From Thermodesulfobacteriota bacterium (lineage in GTDB: Bacteria; Desulfobacterota; Desulfobacteria; Desulfobacterales; SURF-7): 64,000 bases of DNA. The notes below the pieces were generated by a model. That model ran no database searches. It saw only the letters and a program-made list of their open reading frames with translations, and was not told the DNA's origin. Of this stretch, positions 1-9,783 are shown piece after piece. Position 1 is the first letter of the stretch. The number at the start of each line of letters is the position of its first letter. Made by a program: the position numbers and the translations under genes. The stretch spans positions 338,622-402,621 of the forward strand of contig JBMORA010000001.1 of assembly GCA_049320885.1 (NCBI GenBank). Reading direction: 5' to 3'.

Positions 1-42
1 GACAAGAAAACTGCAGTGAATCGCCATTTTCATCGGGCCCCC

Positions 43-1338
43 CTAAAATTTCAATCGCACACCGCTCAGCACGGCAATAATACGGTTCAGTTCATCGTTG
101 CGGCGGTCCAAATCGTAGTTGCGACATCCGATATAGAAATCGGTGGACCATCCATCGATTTGTTGAACCCCCAGCAAGCCGATGGATTTGGCCGTATCGC
201 CGTTCCGGTCGACATCATAAAAACAGCCGATGTCAACCGCCAGGGCCGTCAACCCGGCCTGGAAAAAGTGCTTCTGATAGCCGCCTTTGAGATACGCATA
301 TTTGCCGTCTTTCTTTCCGTCCGTGGTAAAACTAGTCCTTCCGGCTGCGAAAGTCCCGCTGAGGCCGCTGTCATGCAGCACCGAAAGCGAACTGTCGACC
401 GCCTGATCGCAGGAACTGGAAGTATCGCCGAAATCGGCAAATGCGGCTGCCGATGCCAACCGAAATTCCCCAATCCGGGCGTTGTATCGTATGGCTGCGT
501 CGCAAGCACCGCCGGAAACATTGGACCCGGACAGGACGATCCCATACACTTCCGGAGAATCATAGCGGATTCGATCATCCCTTCCCAGCCCGTCCATGTT
601 GACAAATACGGTTCTGACAGTTGTATTCGTTAATCCTTCCGGCACCTTGTTGCTGTAAAAAAAATGGCCGCCAGCCATATCGCTGACGCTGGAATATCCG
701 ATCACATCGGTTCCGGACAGATCGACTTCGGCGGTACTGTTGGAGGCGGTGTCGCCGTATCCGACGGACAGCCTGCCATACCGTTCCGTCTCCACGAAAA
801 AATCCAGATGCCGTTTACGGAAATGGTTGTCCCCGGCCCCGTTTTTGTCAATCTGACTGACAAGGTTGCTGTCGTTGGACTGGAACTCGAATTCCAATTT
901 AGCGCCGGCCCGGAACTCATGCCATTTCGGCAAATCGGCCGACAATCCGATCCGCGTGGAAGAATTGTCGTTGTCCACGTGATAAAAATTGCCGTCTTCA
1001 CCGTCGTCCGTATACAAAACACCGCGGTTGATCTGGCCGTAGAGTCGGACCCGGGCCTGTTCGTTCCCGCTTTCGACGAATAGCTTCCGCTGTTTATCCG
1101 CGGCGCTGTCTTTTCCGGTTGATGAGCGGGGATCTTTTTTTATGGCTGCCACTTCCCGCCGCAAGGACTCGATCATCCGGGCCTGCTCATCGATTTGCCG
1201 TTGCTGTTTCTCGATTTGCGCCGCCTGCCCCGATTCGGCCCCGTGAGCCGATGGCACATCATTCCACCGAAAACCGGCAATCAAGCCCAGTATTACGATT
1301 ATCGGGAAAACCCGCTCGGCTTTCACACATCCCCCCAT
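43..1338 (-). CDS. Outer-membrane porin (Gram-negative porin-like) with N-terminal signal peptide and coiled coil
   Basis: Signal peptide, then a coiled coil (QIEKQQRQIDEQARMIESLRREV), 'VRLYGQINRGVLY' and 'SSTRIG' porin-type motifs, alternating beta strands and a C-terminal Phe (GVRLKF). The start may be the GTG at 1326. Confidence 0.75.
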   Translation of the reverse strand: MGGCVKAERVFPIIVILGLIAGFRWNDVPSAHGAESGQAAQIEKQQRQIDEQARMIESLRREVAAIKKDPRSSTGKDSAADKQRKLFVESGNEQARVRLYGQINRGVLYTDDGEDGNFYHVDNDNSSTRIGLSADLPKWHEFRAGAKLEFEFQSNDSNLVSQIDKNGAGDNHFRKRHLDFFVETERYGRLSVGYGDTASNSTAEVDLSGTDVIGYSSVSDMAGGHFFYSNKVPEGLTNTTVRTVFVNMDGLGRDDRIRYDSPEVYGIVLSGSNVSGGACDAAIRYNARIGEFRLASAAAFADFGDTSSSCDQAVDSSLSVLHDSGLSGTFAAGRTSFTTDGKKDGKYAYLKGGYQKHFFQAGLTALAVDIGCFYDVDRNGDTAKSIGLLGVQQIDGWSTDFYIGCRNYDLDRRNDELNRIIAVLSGVRLKF

Positions 1339-1622
1339 TTGTCATGATTTCCATCGTCCATGGCCGGCCCGCATGGAACCCGACACAAACCGTCAGCCAG
1401 ACATCTATGCCGGTGAATCCACTTTACAAGCATTGCGCAAGTTGGTAAAAGAGGTTCTATCCGTTTACATCCGGCCGTTCCGCATCCGGTAACGAAAAGA
1501 CTCGCCGACACGAAAAAACGGACAGCTATCCGGCCGTTCATCCGTATTGGGTCTTCTCAACTAAATATGAATTCTTTATTTCTGTCAACCATTCAGCACC
1601 GACATTTCATGTAGAGGCCGCA

Positions 1623-3074
1623 ATGACCCTGTATTGTCACCAGCATCCGACCCGACCCGCCCACTGGCATTGTCCCAAATGCGACCAGAAATACTGCGCA
1701 TCCTGTGCCGTAAAAAGAGAAAAAAGCGCCTCCCATGGCGGTGACGTCATGCATCTATGCCCCAAGTGCATGGTGGCGACGGAATGGATTGCGGCCGTCA
1801 ATCTGATCGAGCCCTTCTGGAAACGGCTCCCGAAATTTTTCAGCTATCCTTTTTCGCTGCGGCCTGTTTCCCTGATCCTCGGGCTGAGTGTCATCAACCT
1901 GCTGTTTTCAGGCCAGGGGCTGATCAATTCAGTGATCCGCATGATTATTTGGGGCCTTCTGTTGAAATACGCTTACGCGGTCTTAAAAAAAACCGCCCAA
2001 GGTAATTTGATAGCGCCGGAAATCGACACAAAAACCCTGTCAGAGGATTTTACACAAGTTTTCAAGCAGCTGGGACTCTTTTTTGTACTAGCCTTCATCT
2101 TTTTCATGATCGTGCAAAAAGCCGGATTGTTGATGGGAGCCCTGTATCTGGTCTTTGCCGTCCTGTCCATTCCCGCCATGATTATCATTCTCGTGACCAC
2201 CGACAGTCTGCTGAACGCCATTAACCCTCTGCTCTTTATTCCCCTGGCCCTCCGTATCGGCTGGGGCTATCTGCTCATGTATTTTTTCCTGATTCTTCTG
2301 GCAAGCGCCCCGGCCGTGCTGGCCCAATACACCTTTTCCTTCTTGCCGGAAGCCTTGGCATTCTTTATTCTTACCCTGGCTGAAAATTATTATACGATCA
2401 TTTCCTACCACCTGATGGGATATGTAATCCTTCAATATCATCAGGAAATCGGCTATAAAGTGCACTTCGAGGACTTCCATTTCGACCAGGAGGAGTCGAA
2501 AAAGCAGCAGGAAGTGAAAAAGGAATCCCAGCTTCTGGATCAGGTCAATTTTCTATTGAAAGACGGCAATCACGATGAGGCGCTTTCCCTGATGAAACAG
2601 GAAAAAGACCGAAACGGTCTGGATGACCCATCCCTCTCGGAATACTACTACAAACTGCTCAAAATGAAAAAATTAAACGCTGAGCTGTTGGCGCACGCCA
2701 AGGATCATCTCGAACTGCTCATCCGGAAAAACCAAAGGGAACAGGCGTGCCAGGTATACGCGGAATCGTTGTCGATGGATGCGCAGTTCAATCCCGCGGC
2801 ATCGACATTGTTCAAACTGGGGGGCTGGTTGAATGACGGCGGTAAAAGCCGCGAAGCCATCGGGATCTTCAACCGCCTCTTGAAATCCTACCCCGATGAC
2901 CCCTTGATTCCCAAAGCCCTTTTTCGGGCGGCCCAGATTTACAACGACCGGTTGATGAACCCGGAAAAAGCCGAAAAAATTCTTCAAGGCCTTTTGAAAA
3001 AATATCCGGACCATGATTTCGCGCCGCAATTCGAAAAATACCTGAAACAAATGCGGCCCGCGGCATCTTTATAG
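1623..3074 (+). CDS. Membrane protein: N-terminal Cys/His (B-box-like) zinc finger, about 6 TM helices (DUF4013-like), C-terminal TPR region
   Basis: CHQH..CPKC..CASC..CPKC at the N-terminus, a hydrophobic core, and TPR-like repeats (AIGIFNRLLKSYPDDPLIPKALFRAA). Confidence 0.7.
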   Translation: MTLYCHQHPTRPAHWHCPKCDQKYCASCAVKREKSASHGGDVMHLCPKCMVATEWIAAVNLIEPFWKRLPKFFSYPFSLRPVSLILGLSVINLLFSGQGLINSVIRMIIWGLLLKYAYAVLKKTAQGNLIAPEIDTKTLSEDFTQVFKQLGLFFVLAFIFFMIVQKAGLLMGALYLVFAVLSIPAMIIILVTTDSLLNAINPLLFIPLALRIGWGYLLMYFFLILLASAPAVLAQYTFSFLPEALAFFILTLAENYYTIISYHLMGYVILQYHQEIGYKVHFEDFHFDQEESKKQQEVKKESQLLDQVNFLLKDGNHDEALSLMKQEKDRNGLDDPSLSEYYYKLLKMKKLNAELLAHAKDHLELLIRKNQREQACQVYAESLSMDAQFNPAASTLFKLGGWLNDGGKSREAIGIFNRLLKSYPDDPLIPKALFRAAQIYNDRLMNPEKAEKILQGLLKKYPDHDFAPQFEKYLKQMRPAASL

Positions 3075-4553
3075 AATTTCGATCTTTTGGATCTCGCTCT
3101 TCAGCATGTCGGCGGCGATGGCGCACTCGGGAGTATCCCGGTAATACTTGCATACAATCTGGAGATATCGCTTCCATTTATCCTGGTCGCCTCTCTTGCG
3201 GCTGGCTGTCGCCAGTTGTATCAGACCGGCCGACAAGCCTTGCAAATCGGGTTTCTTTTTCAGCAGCAATAACGCAATTTTCTCCGCGCTGTGAAGACGC
3301 CCGATACCGGCAAAAACCGAAATCAGCCGGACATAGATATCCGGGGTCAGTTTGGGAGGTTTGGCAATGCGGGTATACTCCTGATACACATCCCAGACCT
3401 TGCCATGGTCATTTCTATCCAAACACAGCCGGTTCAATAAGCGTTTGGCAGAATCATGGAACCGCTGTTTCTGGGGATCGATCTTTTCGATATTGAAGAG
3501 ATGCCAAAGCGCCTCGCTGTTTTTCGGATCTTTCCGCAGCACTTCCTCCAACAGCTTCCGCCCACCCTCCATGTCGAGAACTCCGATGCGCTGCAGGGCT
3601 TTTTCCATGATCGGCAGAATCTCATTTGCCGGTTCTTCCTCCTGAAATTGAACGGTTTTGACATTGAACAATTTCTTGTTGACAAGTCCGAACAATGCCC
3701 CGCTCAACAATCCACCGATGTGAGCCACATAGGCGACATTGCTTTCGGAATCCATCAACAACTGTACAACCTCGTTGCCGACCCAGAGGGGAAACAGCAT
3801 GACGGCCGGGAAACGGATATAGTTGAAATAAAATCCCAATGAATAAAAAAGCTTGATCCGGGTCTTTCCGAACATCACGGCAAAAGCGCCCATGAGACCG
3901 GCAATGGCGCCGGAAGCCCCCACCAGCGGCGCCATGTCGTCCATATATGCCAGCCAGAACAAAACCGCCGCCGCGATGCCGGTTATGACATATCCCGCCG
4001 CGCAAAACAGACGACCGCAGCCCATCTCCAGCAAACAACCGATCAACCAAAGGAAAATCATATTGCCGAACAGATGCCCGAAGCCGCCATGTAAAAACAT
4101 ATAGGTGAAAACCGTGAGAATGGAGTGATGCGCCGGGCGGAACCCGTAGGATCGCGCCACGATCCGCTCTACTATTTTTTCATATCGTCTGCGGAGTTCC
4201 CGCCACCTGGGGTAATCCGGATCATCTGGCGGAATCAGGGTCCTGCTTTCAATTCGCTCCTGAAACCTGGCGTCCGTTTCCATATCTCGGTAGACATTCA
4301 TCAGGGTTTCCCGATTCATGTCCTCCGCCTGCATTTCCCGGGGAACGGATTCAGGCCGGTTATGCTCCAGGTAGCGTGGAATCTCCAGGTCGGAAAGGCC
4401 GGAATCAAAATAGTAAGTGTAGGCCTCGAATTGGTTCCGATCATCGCCGATCTGGAAAAAAACAAACACAAGCACGTTGATCAATATCAGGGCGATGGTG
4501 ACAGCCGGTGGATTACGCCAGCTGATCTTTCCGGTGATGGGAATCAGGAGCAT
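3069..4553 (-). CDS. Rhomboid family intramembrane serine protease with C-terminal TPR-like domain
   Basis: HGGFGHLFGN, catalytic GASG and AHIGG motifs, followed by a helical C-terminal extension. Confidence 0.9.
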   Translation of the reverse strand: MLLIPITGKISWRNPPAVTIALILINVLVFVFFQIGDDRNQFEAYTYYFDSGLSDLEIPRYLEHNRPESVPREMQAEDMNRETLMNVYRDMETDARFQERIESRTLIPPDDPDYPRWRELRRRYEKIVERIVARSYGFRPAHHSILTVFTYMFLHGGFGHLFGNMIFLWLIGCLLEMGCGRLFCAAGYVITGIAAAVLFWLAYMDDMAPLVGASGAIAGLMGAFAVMFGKTRIKLFYSLGFYFNYIRFPAVMLFPLWVGNEVVQLLMDSESNVAYVAHIGGLLSGALFGLVNKKLFNVKTVQFQEEEPANEILPIMEKALQRIGVLDMEGGRKLLEEVLRKDPKNSEALWHLFNIEKIDPQKQRFHDSAKRLLNRLCLDRNDHGKVWDVYQEYTRIAKPPKLTPDIYVRLISVFAGIGRLHSAEKIALLLLKKKPDLQGLSAGLIQLATASRKRGDQDKWKRYLQIVCKYYRDTPECAIAADMLKSEIQKIEIL

Positions 4554-4626
4554 TTCGGAGGGCCCGTCTCTGTGCTGATGATTGGTTCAGGAGAAGTCCG
4601 GCGACCCAATCTCCGGACTTCTCCTG

Positions 4627-5925
4627 CTACCGATTGCCGGATGCTTTTCGTTCTTCCACAGGAATGTAATCCCGGATCAGGTTGCCCGTGTAAATCTGCC
4701 TAGGTCGGCTGATGCGCCAATGGGGATCGTCGATGCTTTCTTTCCATTGGGAAATCCATCCCGGAAGCCTGCCGATGGCAAACATGACCGTAAACATGCT
4801 GGTAGGAATGCCCATGGCCCGCAGGACGATGCCGCTGTAAAAATCCACATTGGGATACAGATGGTGATCGATAAAATATTCATCCATGAGAGCGACCTCT
4901 TCCAGCTTCCGGGCAATATCCAGCAGCGGATCCTTCAGCTTCAATTTTGACAGGACCAGGTCGCAGATTTTTTTCATGATCTTCGCCCGTGGATCATAGG
5001 TTTTATAGACCCGATGGCCGAAACCCATTAACCGGAAGGGGTCTTTCTTGTCCTTGGCCCGCTCCACCGCACGATTGACATCACCGCCGTTGTTGGCGAT
5101 TTCGGTCAGCATCTCGATGACTGCCTGATTGGCGCCGCCATGCAACGGTCCCCATAAGGCGGCAATCCCGGCGGAAATTGCAGCGTAGATATTGACTTTT
5201 CCGCTCCCCACCACCCGCACAGCGGCCGTCGAGCAATTCTGTTCGTGATCGGCATGCAGAATCCAGAAAATATTCAGGGCCCGCACCAAATCCTCATCAA
5301 TCTCGTATGGTTTTACCGGGCTGTCAAACATCATGTTGAGAAAGTTGGCGCAATACGTCAGATCCTGCCGTGGATAAACCACCCTGTGACCGCGGGAAAT
5401 CTTATACGACATGGCCGCCATTGTCCGAACCTTGGAGAGCAACCGCAAGAAGGTCGCGTTGATAGTCTCCTCCGTCGCCATTAATTCCGGATAGAAACTG
5501 CGCAGAGCCGTCACCATGGAAGATAATATCCCCATGGGATGAGATGCCCGCGGAAAGGATTTGAAAAAATCCTGCATATCCTCATGTACCAGGGAGAAGT
5601 CATTCAGCTGCACGCGGTTGTGATTCAATTCCCTGCGGGTCGGCAGTTCTCCGTTCATCAACAGAAAGGAAGTTTCCACAAAAGTGGATTGCTCGGCCAA
5701 TTGTTCAATGGGGTATCCCCGGTATCGCAGAACCCCTTTTTCCCCATCCATGAAGGTGATGGAACTCCGGCAGCTGCCGGTGCTGCCGAAACCGGGGTCA
5801 TATGTGATATATCCGGTCTCCTGGCGAAGTTTGCGGATGTCGATCGCCTTTTCCCCTTCACTGCCGATAATCACCGGTAATTCGTAAGTTTTGCCGTCTA
5901 CAATAAGTTTTGCGGTTTCTTGCAT
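4627..5925 (-). CDS. gltA: Citrate synthase (Si-type)
   Basis: HADHEQNCST, GPLHGGAN, GFGHRVYK and YPNVDFYSG motifs. Confidence 0.95.
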   Translation of the reverse strand: MQETAKLIVDGKTYELPVIIGSEGEKAIDIRKLRQETGYITYDPGFGSTGSCRSSITFMDGEKGVLRYRGYPIEQLAEQSTFVETSFLLMNGELPTRRELNHNRVQLNDFSLVHEDMQDFFKSFPRASHPMGILSSMVTALRSFYPELMATEETINATFLRLLSKVRTMAAMSYKISRGHRVVYPRQDLTYCANFLNMMFDSPVKPYEIDEDLVRALNIFWILHADHEQNCSTAAVRVVGSGKVNIYAAISAGIAALWGPLHGGANQAVIEMLTEIANNGGDVNRAVERAKDKKDPFRLMGFGHRVYKTYDPRAKIMKKICDLVLSKLKLKDPLLDIARKLEEVALMDEYFIDHHLYPNVDFYSGIVLRAMGIPTSMFTVMFAIGRLPGWISQWKESIDDPHWRISRPRQIYTGNLIRDYIPVEERKASGNR

Positions 5926-6335
5926 GGGTTTTCCTTAATAATAATACCATCGATTTTCCTCGACACGCCGTTGCCGACGTCTCCAAGACGATTGACCAAA
6001 GGCGGGATTTGCATTCAATACGGATATGCCGCTACACCCCATCCTGAGTTCGGTGGCATACCGGCTCGTGCTGCCTTGCATGCTCATAAACGGATGAACG
6101 CAATCTGGATTTTATTACATGAATCCACCATACCGGTCAAGTATCCAGATAGCGGGATCCCATTTGTTGTATCTATCGAATATACTGTTCCCATAGATAG
6201 AATCATTTTGACTTTTCATGATAAAAAGCTGCAAATATACATACCATGCATCGGAACTGGTATGTCCCTTCGGACAAGCAGCCCCCCAAAAGCGTCATCA
6301 ATAATCAGAACAACATAAGAAATGGGAAAAATCGC

Positions 6336-7409
6336 TTGGAACAGAGACAAAATAAACAAACAACCGCCGATGGGAAACCGCGACTGACGACAACGGTCAC
6401 CGGCGCCGGTTGAGCTTCCAAATTGGCGCCAGGGGACCTGGACCGGGCACTGTGCGGGATCGAATTCCCCACGGATTCCAACGTGATCGTCGGATTGCGT
6501 CGAGCGGACGATGCGGGTGTCTACAAAATCAATGACAGCCTGGCCATTGTCCAAACCATCGACTTTTTTACGCCGATTGTCGATGACCCCTATTGGTTCG
6601 GCCAGATCGCTGCGGCCAATGCCTTGAGTGATGTGTACGCCATGGGTGGGGTTCCGAAAACGGCGCTGAACATGGTCTGCTTTCCGGTCAAAAAAATGGA
6701 TCTGGGAATACTGCGCGAAGTGATTCAAGGCGGCGCGGACAAGCTCAAGGAAGCGGATGTGGTCTTGATCGGCGGTCACAGCATCGAGGACCAGGAACTC
6801 AAATACGGCCTGTCCATCACCGGCTTTATTCACCCGGATAGAATTCTGACCAAAACCGATTTACAATCCGGTGACCGCTTGATTCTGACCAAGCCTCTCG
6901 GCACCGGTATCATTAACACGGCCATCAAGGCCGGACTGGCTCCGGCAGACCTGATCGAGAGGATCACCCGGCAGATGGCGGCCCTGAATAAAATCCCAGC
7001 AGAGGTAATGGCTGCTTTTCCGGTGCATGCCTGCACAGACGTTACTGGTTTCGGTCTTTTGGGACATCTGGCCGAAATGGTTGCCGGATCGGGCCTGGGT
7101 GTCCGCCTGTGGGCCAAATCAATACCCGTAATCCCGGAAACCCCCGCCTTCGCCGCCATGGGGCTGATTCCTGCCGGGGCCTACAAAAACAAGGAATTCA
7201 GGCAAAACATGGTGGGGTTCGCGCCGAATATTGCGGAACTCACCAAAGATATCCTTTTCGATCCACAGACGTCCGGAGGGTTGCTGATCTGCGTTGCCTC
7301 CCGGGAAGCCGAAAGCCTGTTGCACAAACTGAGGAAATGCGGCATCGACCAGGCCGCCATCATCGGAATGGTCATGGACGATCAGACATCGTCCATATCA
7401 ATTGAATAG
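6336..7409 (+). CDS. selD: Selenide, water dikinase (selenophosphate synthetase), selenocysteine-containing
   Basis: DDAGVY, DFFTPIVDDPY, ANALSDVYAMGG, TDVTGFGLLGH and DPQTSGGLL motifs. In-frame TGA at 6411-6413 reads LTTTVTGAG-U-ASKL, the catalytic Cys/Sec position. The TTG start at 6336 is inferred. Confidence 0.92.
6429..6441 (+). promoter_or_regulatory. Putative bacterial SECIS hairpin of selD
   Basis: CCAGG-GGA-CCTGG, with the loop 20 nt after the UGA. Confidence 0.6.
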
Positions 7410-7426
7410 AAACCAAGGAGCACCCT

Positions 7427-8023
7427 ATGAAAAAAATCGACGCCCGGGGGCTCAGTTGCCCGGCACCGGTTCTGCTCGCCAAGGAATTGATTGAAAAAGA
7501 AAATCCTGCTAGTCTGACCATCCTGGTCGACAACGCGGCCGCCCGACAGAATATTTGCCGGTTTCTGGAATCCCATCGATTTGAGGTGTCCGTTGAACCA
7601 CAAGGCAACGAATTCCAGGTAACCGGCAGGCGGATGGAGGCTGGTTCATCTGAAATTCCACGGACTGAAAATCCAGAACCGGCATGCTGCAAAATCATGG
7701 TGCTGGCAGCCACCGACCGGATGGGGTTCGGTGATGATGAACTTGGTGTCAGGCTGATGATCAACTTCATCAAAACATTGAAGGAAATGGGGCCGGAACT
7801 GTGGCGGCTTGTCTTTGTCAACAATGGCGTCAAGCTCACCACCGCCACCTCACCGGTACTGGACATCCTGCGGGATTATGAGAAAAACGGACTTCAAATT
7901 CTGGTGTGCGGCACCTGCCTGGACCATTTCAACCTGCTGGAACAAAAACAGGCAGGTCAGACAACCAACATGCTGGATATTGTATCGTCCATGCAACTGG
8001 CGGATAAGGTGATTACGCTCTAA
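7427..8023 (+). CDS. yedF: Sulfurtransferase-like selenium metabolism protein (SirA/TusA + DsrE domains)
   Basis: IDARGLSCPAP TusA motif plus a DsrE-like domain with CGTC; directly downstream of selD. Confidence 0.85.
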   Translation: MKKIDARGLSCPAPVLLAKELIEKENPASLTILVDNAAARQNICRFLESHRFEVSVEPQGNEFQVTGRRMEAGSSEIPRTENPEPACCKIMVLAATDRMGFGDDELGVRLMINFIKTLKEMGPELWRLVFVNNGVKLTTATSPVLDILRDYEKNGLQILVCGTCLDHFNLLEQKQAGQTTNMLDIVSSMQLADKVITL

Positions 8024-8056
8024 CAGACCCCAGATGTTTGCCGGAGAACACCCGGA

Positions 8057-8596
8057 ATGGCGGAACTGGTCAATTTAAAAGCCTATCGGATTGCACAAAT
8101 CGAGAAAAAGGGGTTCGGCCCCTGGAGAAAACGGTTCAACGAACCGTTTCAAAAGGAAACCTGCCTGGCGGATTTATCCGATTTGACGCTGTACCGCCTC
8201 GCCGAGCCGGGTGAGAACGCCGCCCTGCCATATTATGAAATCATCATGGGGACACTGGACTGGGGTAATCCGGTAAAATTCTATTATCTGGATGACGCCG
8301 AACGGATGAGGGTCATCGACATTCACTTGTTCCTGGCGGATCAGGTCCGTTTCGAAATGATGAAACGGCTCGGGTGGATTGAAAAATTCGCCAATGAACA
8401 CTACGCCCTGATCAGTTATATCCTTTCATTTGATCACCTGCGGATGTTCTGCCAGAATCATCCCCCGCACCTGGCACCGACCCATCCCCGCTTTGCCGAA
8501 TACAACGCCATGGTGAATGCGGATAAGCAGGTGTTCATCCGCCGCCTGCTCCCCCAGGCGCTTGAAGTCTTCCAAACACGGATCGCCCCCGAATAA
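8057..8596 (+). CDS. Hypothetical protein (179 aa)
   Basis: GGAG RBS, protein-like composition, co-oriented after yedF. Confidence 0.65.
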   Translation: MAELVNLKAYRIAQIEKKGFGPWRKRFNEPFQKETCLADLSDLTLYRLAEPGENAALPYYEIIMGTLDWGNPVKFYYLDDAERMRVIDIHLFLADQVRFEMMKRLGWIEKFANEHYALISYILSFDHLRMFCQNHPPHLAPTHPRFAEYNAMVNADKQVFIRRLLPQALEVFQTRIAPE

Positions 8597-8705
8597 AAAA
8601 AAAGCATGACATGGGCAGCCAGGCGGTATCTTGCGTAATGAATTTGGATGGAACCGGGCTTTAGGAAAACCGCTGAAAGCCGGGGCATCAGCCATACACG
8701 CCAAT

Positions 8706-9050
8706 TCATATGCCGCAAAGCACCGCGACGCGATTCACATACTGTAAAATCGTTTCCCGTATTTGTTCAGGCGGATCAACAAACTGGACGCCGATACCGT
8801 TGTCCTTTTTCCCCCCGTGCGTATTGGCCCAAATGACTTTCGCATTTACTTCTATCGGATTATCGAGTCCCGTGACCGAGAAGGATAGTCTGGTGGAAGC
8901 CCCTATCGGAAGCGGGGTTCGCGTGTAGATAAACATTCCATCGACGGATATATCCCTGCTGAAAGAAATCAGATAATCTCCCTCGTGGATGTAGCTGATC
9001 TCGAAACTTGCATCCACGCGGCGCTTGACTCTCCGTTCCGGTGCGGCCAT
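8706..9050 (-). CDS. Stand-alone PilZ domain protein
   Basis: ERRVKRR (RxxxR) and DISVDG (DxSxxG) motifs, GIGVQF. The 9050 start is supported by a sigma70 promoter at 9102-9130. Confidence 0.85.
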   Translation of the reverse strand: MAAPERRVKRRVDASFEISYIHEGDYLISFSRDISVDGMFIYTRTPLPIGASTRLSFSVTGLDNPIEVNAKVIWANTHGGKKDNGIGVQFVDPPEQIRETILQYVNRVAVLCGI

Positions 9051-9101
9051 GGGTTTGCTCCTTGTTCTTTGGGGGATGACCTCTTTTATTTTCAGCGGCT
9101 G

Positions 9102-9130
9102 AGTATATGCAAAGGGTTTTTCCCTGTCAA
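9102..9130 (-). promoter_or_regulatory. Sigma70-type promoter for the PilZ gene
   Basis: TTGACA-N17-TATACT on the minus strand. Confidence 0.7.
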
Positions 9131-9405
9131 CTCCGCCGTTGACGATCATGCAAAACGGGTCGGGTTTCTTGCCTCGCTTCAATTCCGGCATGCATTCCGC
9201 ATCAACCGTCCGGATCATTTTTTCCTTGTTTATTATGTTCTTTTATGTTATCAATGTTCATAAGCAGAAACATCCTTTTTTCTTGTGTTGATCGCTGGAC
9301 TGAAAGCTCGTATTTCCCACATAGCCCGCTGACCGTCTGAATCCATCTCGCACTCAAATGATTCTGTTTCAATTTATCGTCCGATACGTATCAAAAGGTG
9401 TCGCC

Positions 9406-9606
9406 ATGAAAAAATGCCAACAAGCGGAAAGACGGTCAGGTGAAGATCGCAGGAAGTGCATTCTGAATCTGGAAGGAACCTATTTTTTGGAACGTCGACG
9501 GGAAGGATATAGCCGAAGGGAGACGGACCGAAAGGATGGCCATTCGGCGATGGAGCCCGTTCCTGTCTTGGAAGACCCATCCGGATGCATCATCTGGATC
9601 AAATAA
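9406..9606 (+). CDS. Arg-rich ERR/DRR-repeat microprotein (66 aa), paralog of 17320..17511
   Basis: AAAGGTG RBS before the ATG at 9406. Core of 24/31 aa identical to the paralog, with synonymous codon changes. Confidence 0.7.
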   Translation: MKKCQQAERRSGEDRRKCILNLEGTYFLERRREGYSRRETDRKDGHSAMEPVPVLEDPSGCIIWIK

Positions 9607-9741
9607 TGCGTATGTGAGCAGCATGAAACCGCGCCATAAAACATTCCTTACACCGCTGAACGTCGTATTTTATTAATTAAATCTGCCATATAAAAACTTG
9701 CTCTTGACAGCCCTGGCCAGCCTGGGATATGGGGAAGCATT

Positions 9742-9761
9742 ATTCGGCCGATCGGCCGAAT
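9742..9761. promoter_or_regulatory. Putative TetR operator (perfect 20-bp palindrome)
   Basis: ATTCGGCCGA|TCGGCCGAAT, between TTGACA (9704-9709) and the TetR start codon. Confidence 0.6.
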
Positions 9762-9783
9762 TCAGGATCGAAAATGCAACCCA

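Noticed and set aside
8640..8712. GGAAAACCGCTGAAAGCCGGGGC resembling the c-di-GMP-I riboswitch P2
   Set aside because: Lacks the GCAAA(G) junction and P3 features, pairs poorly, and lies between two converging 3' ends with nothing to regulate.
9186..9201. CGGCATGCATTCCGCA as a sigma54 promoter for the 9406 microprotein
   Set aside because: GG-N10-GC spacing is present, but the -12 element (CCGC) is a poor match to TTGC.
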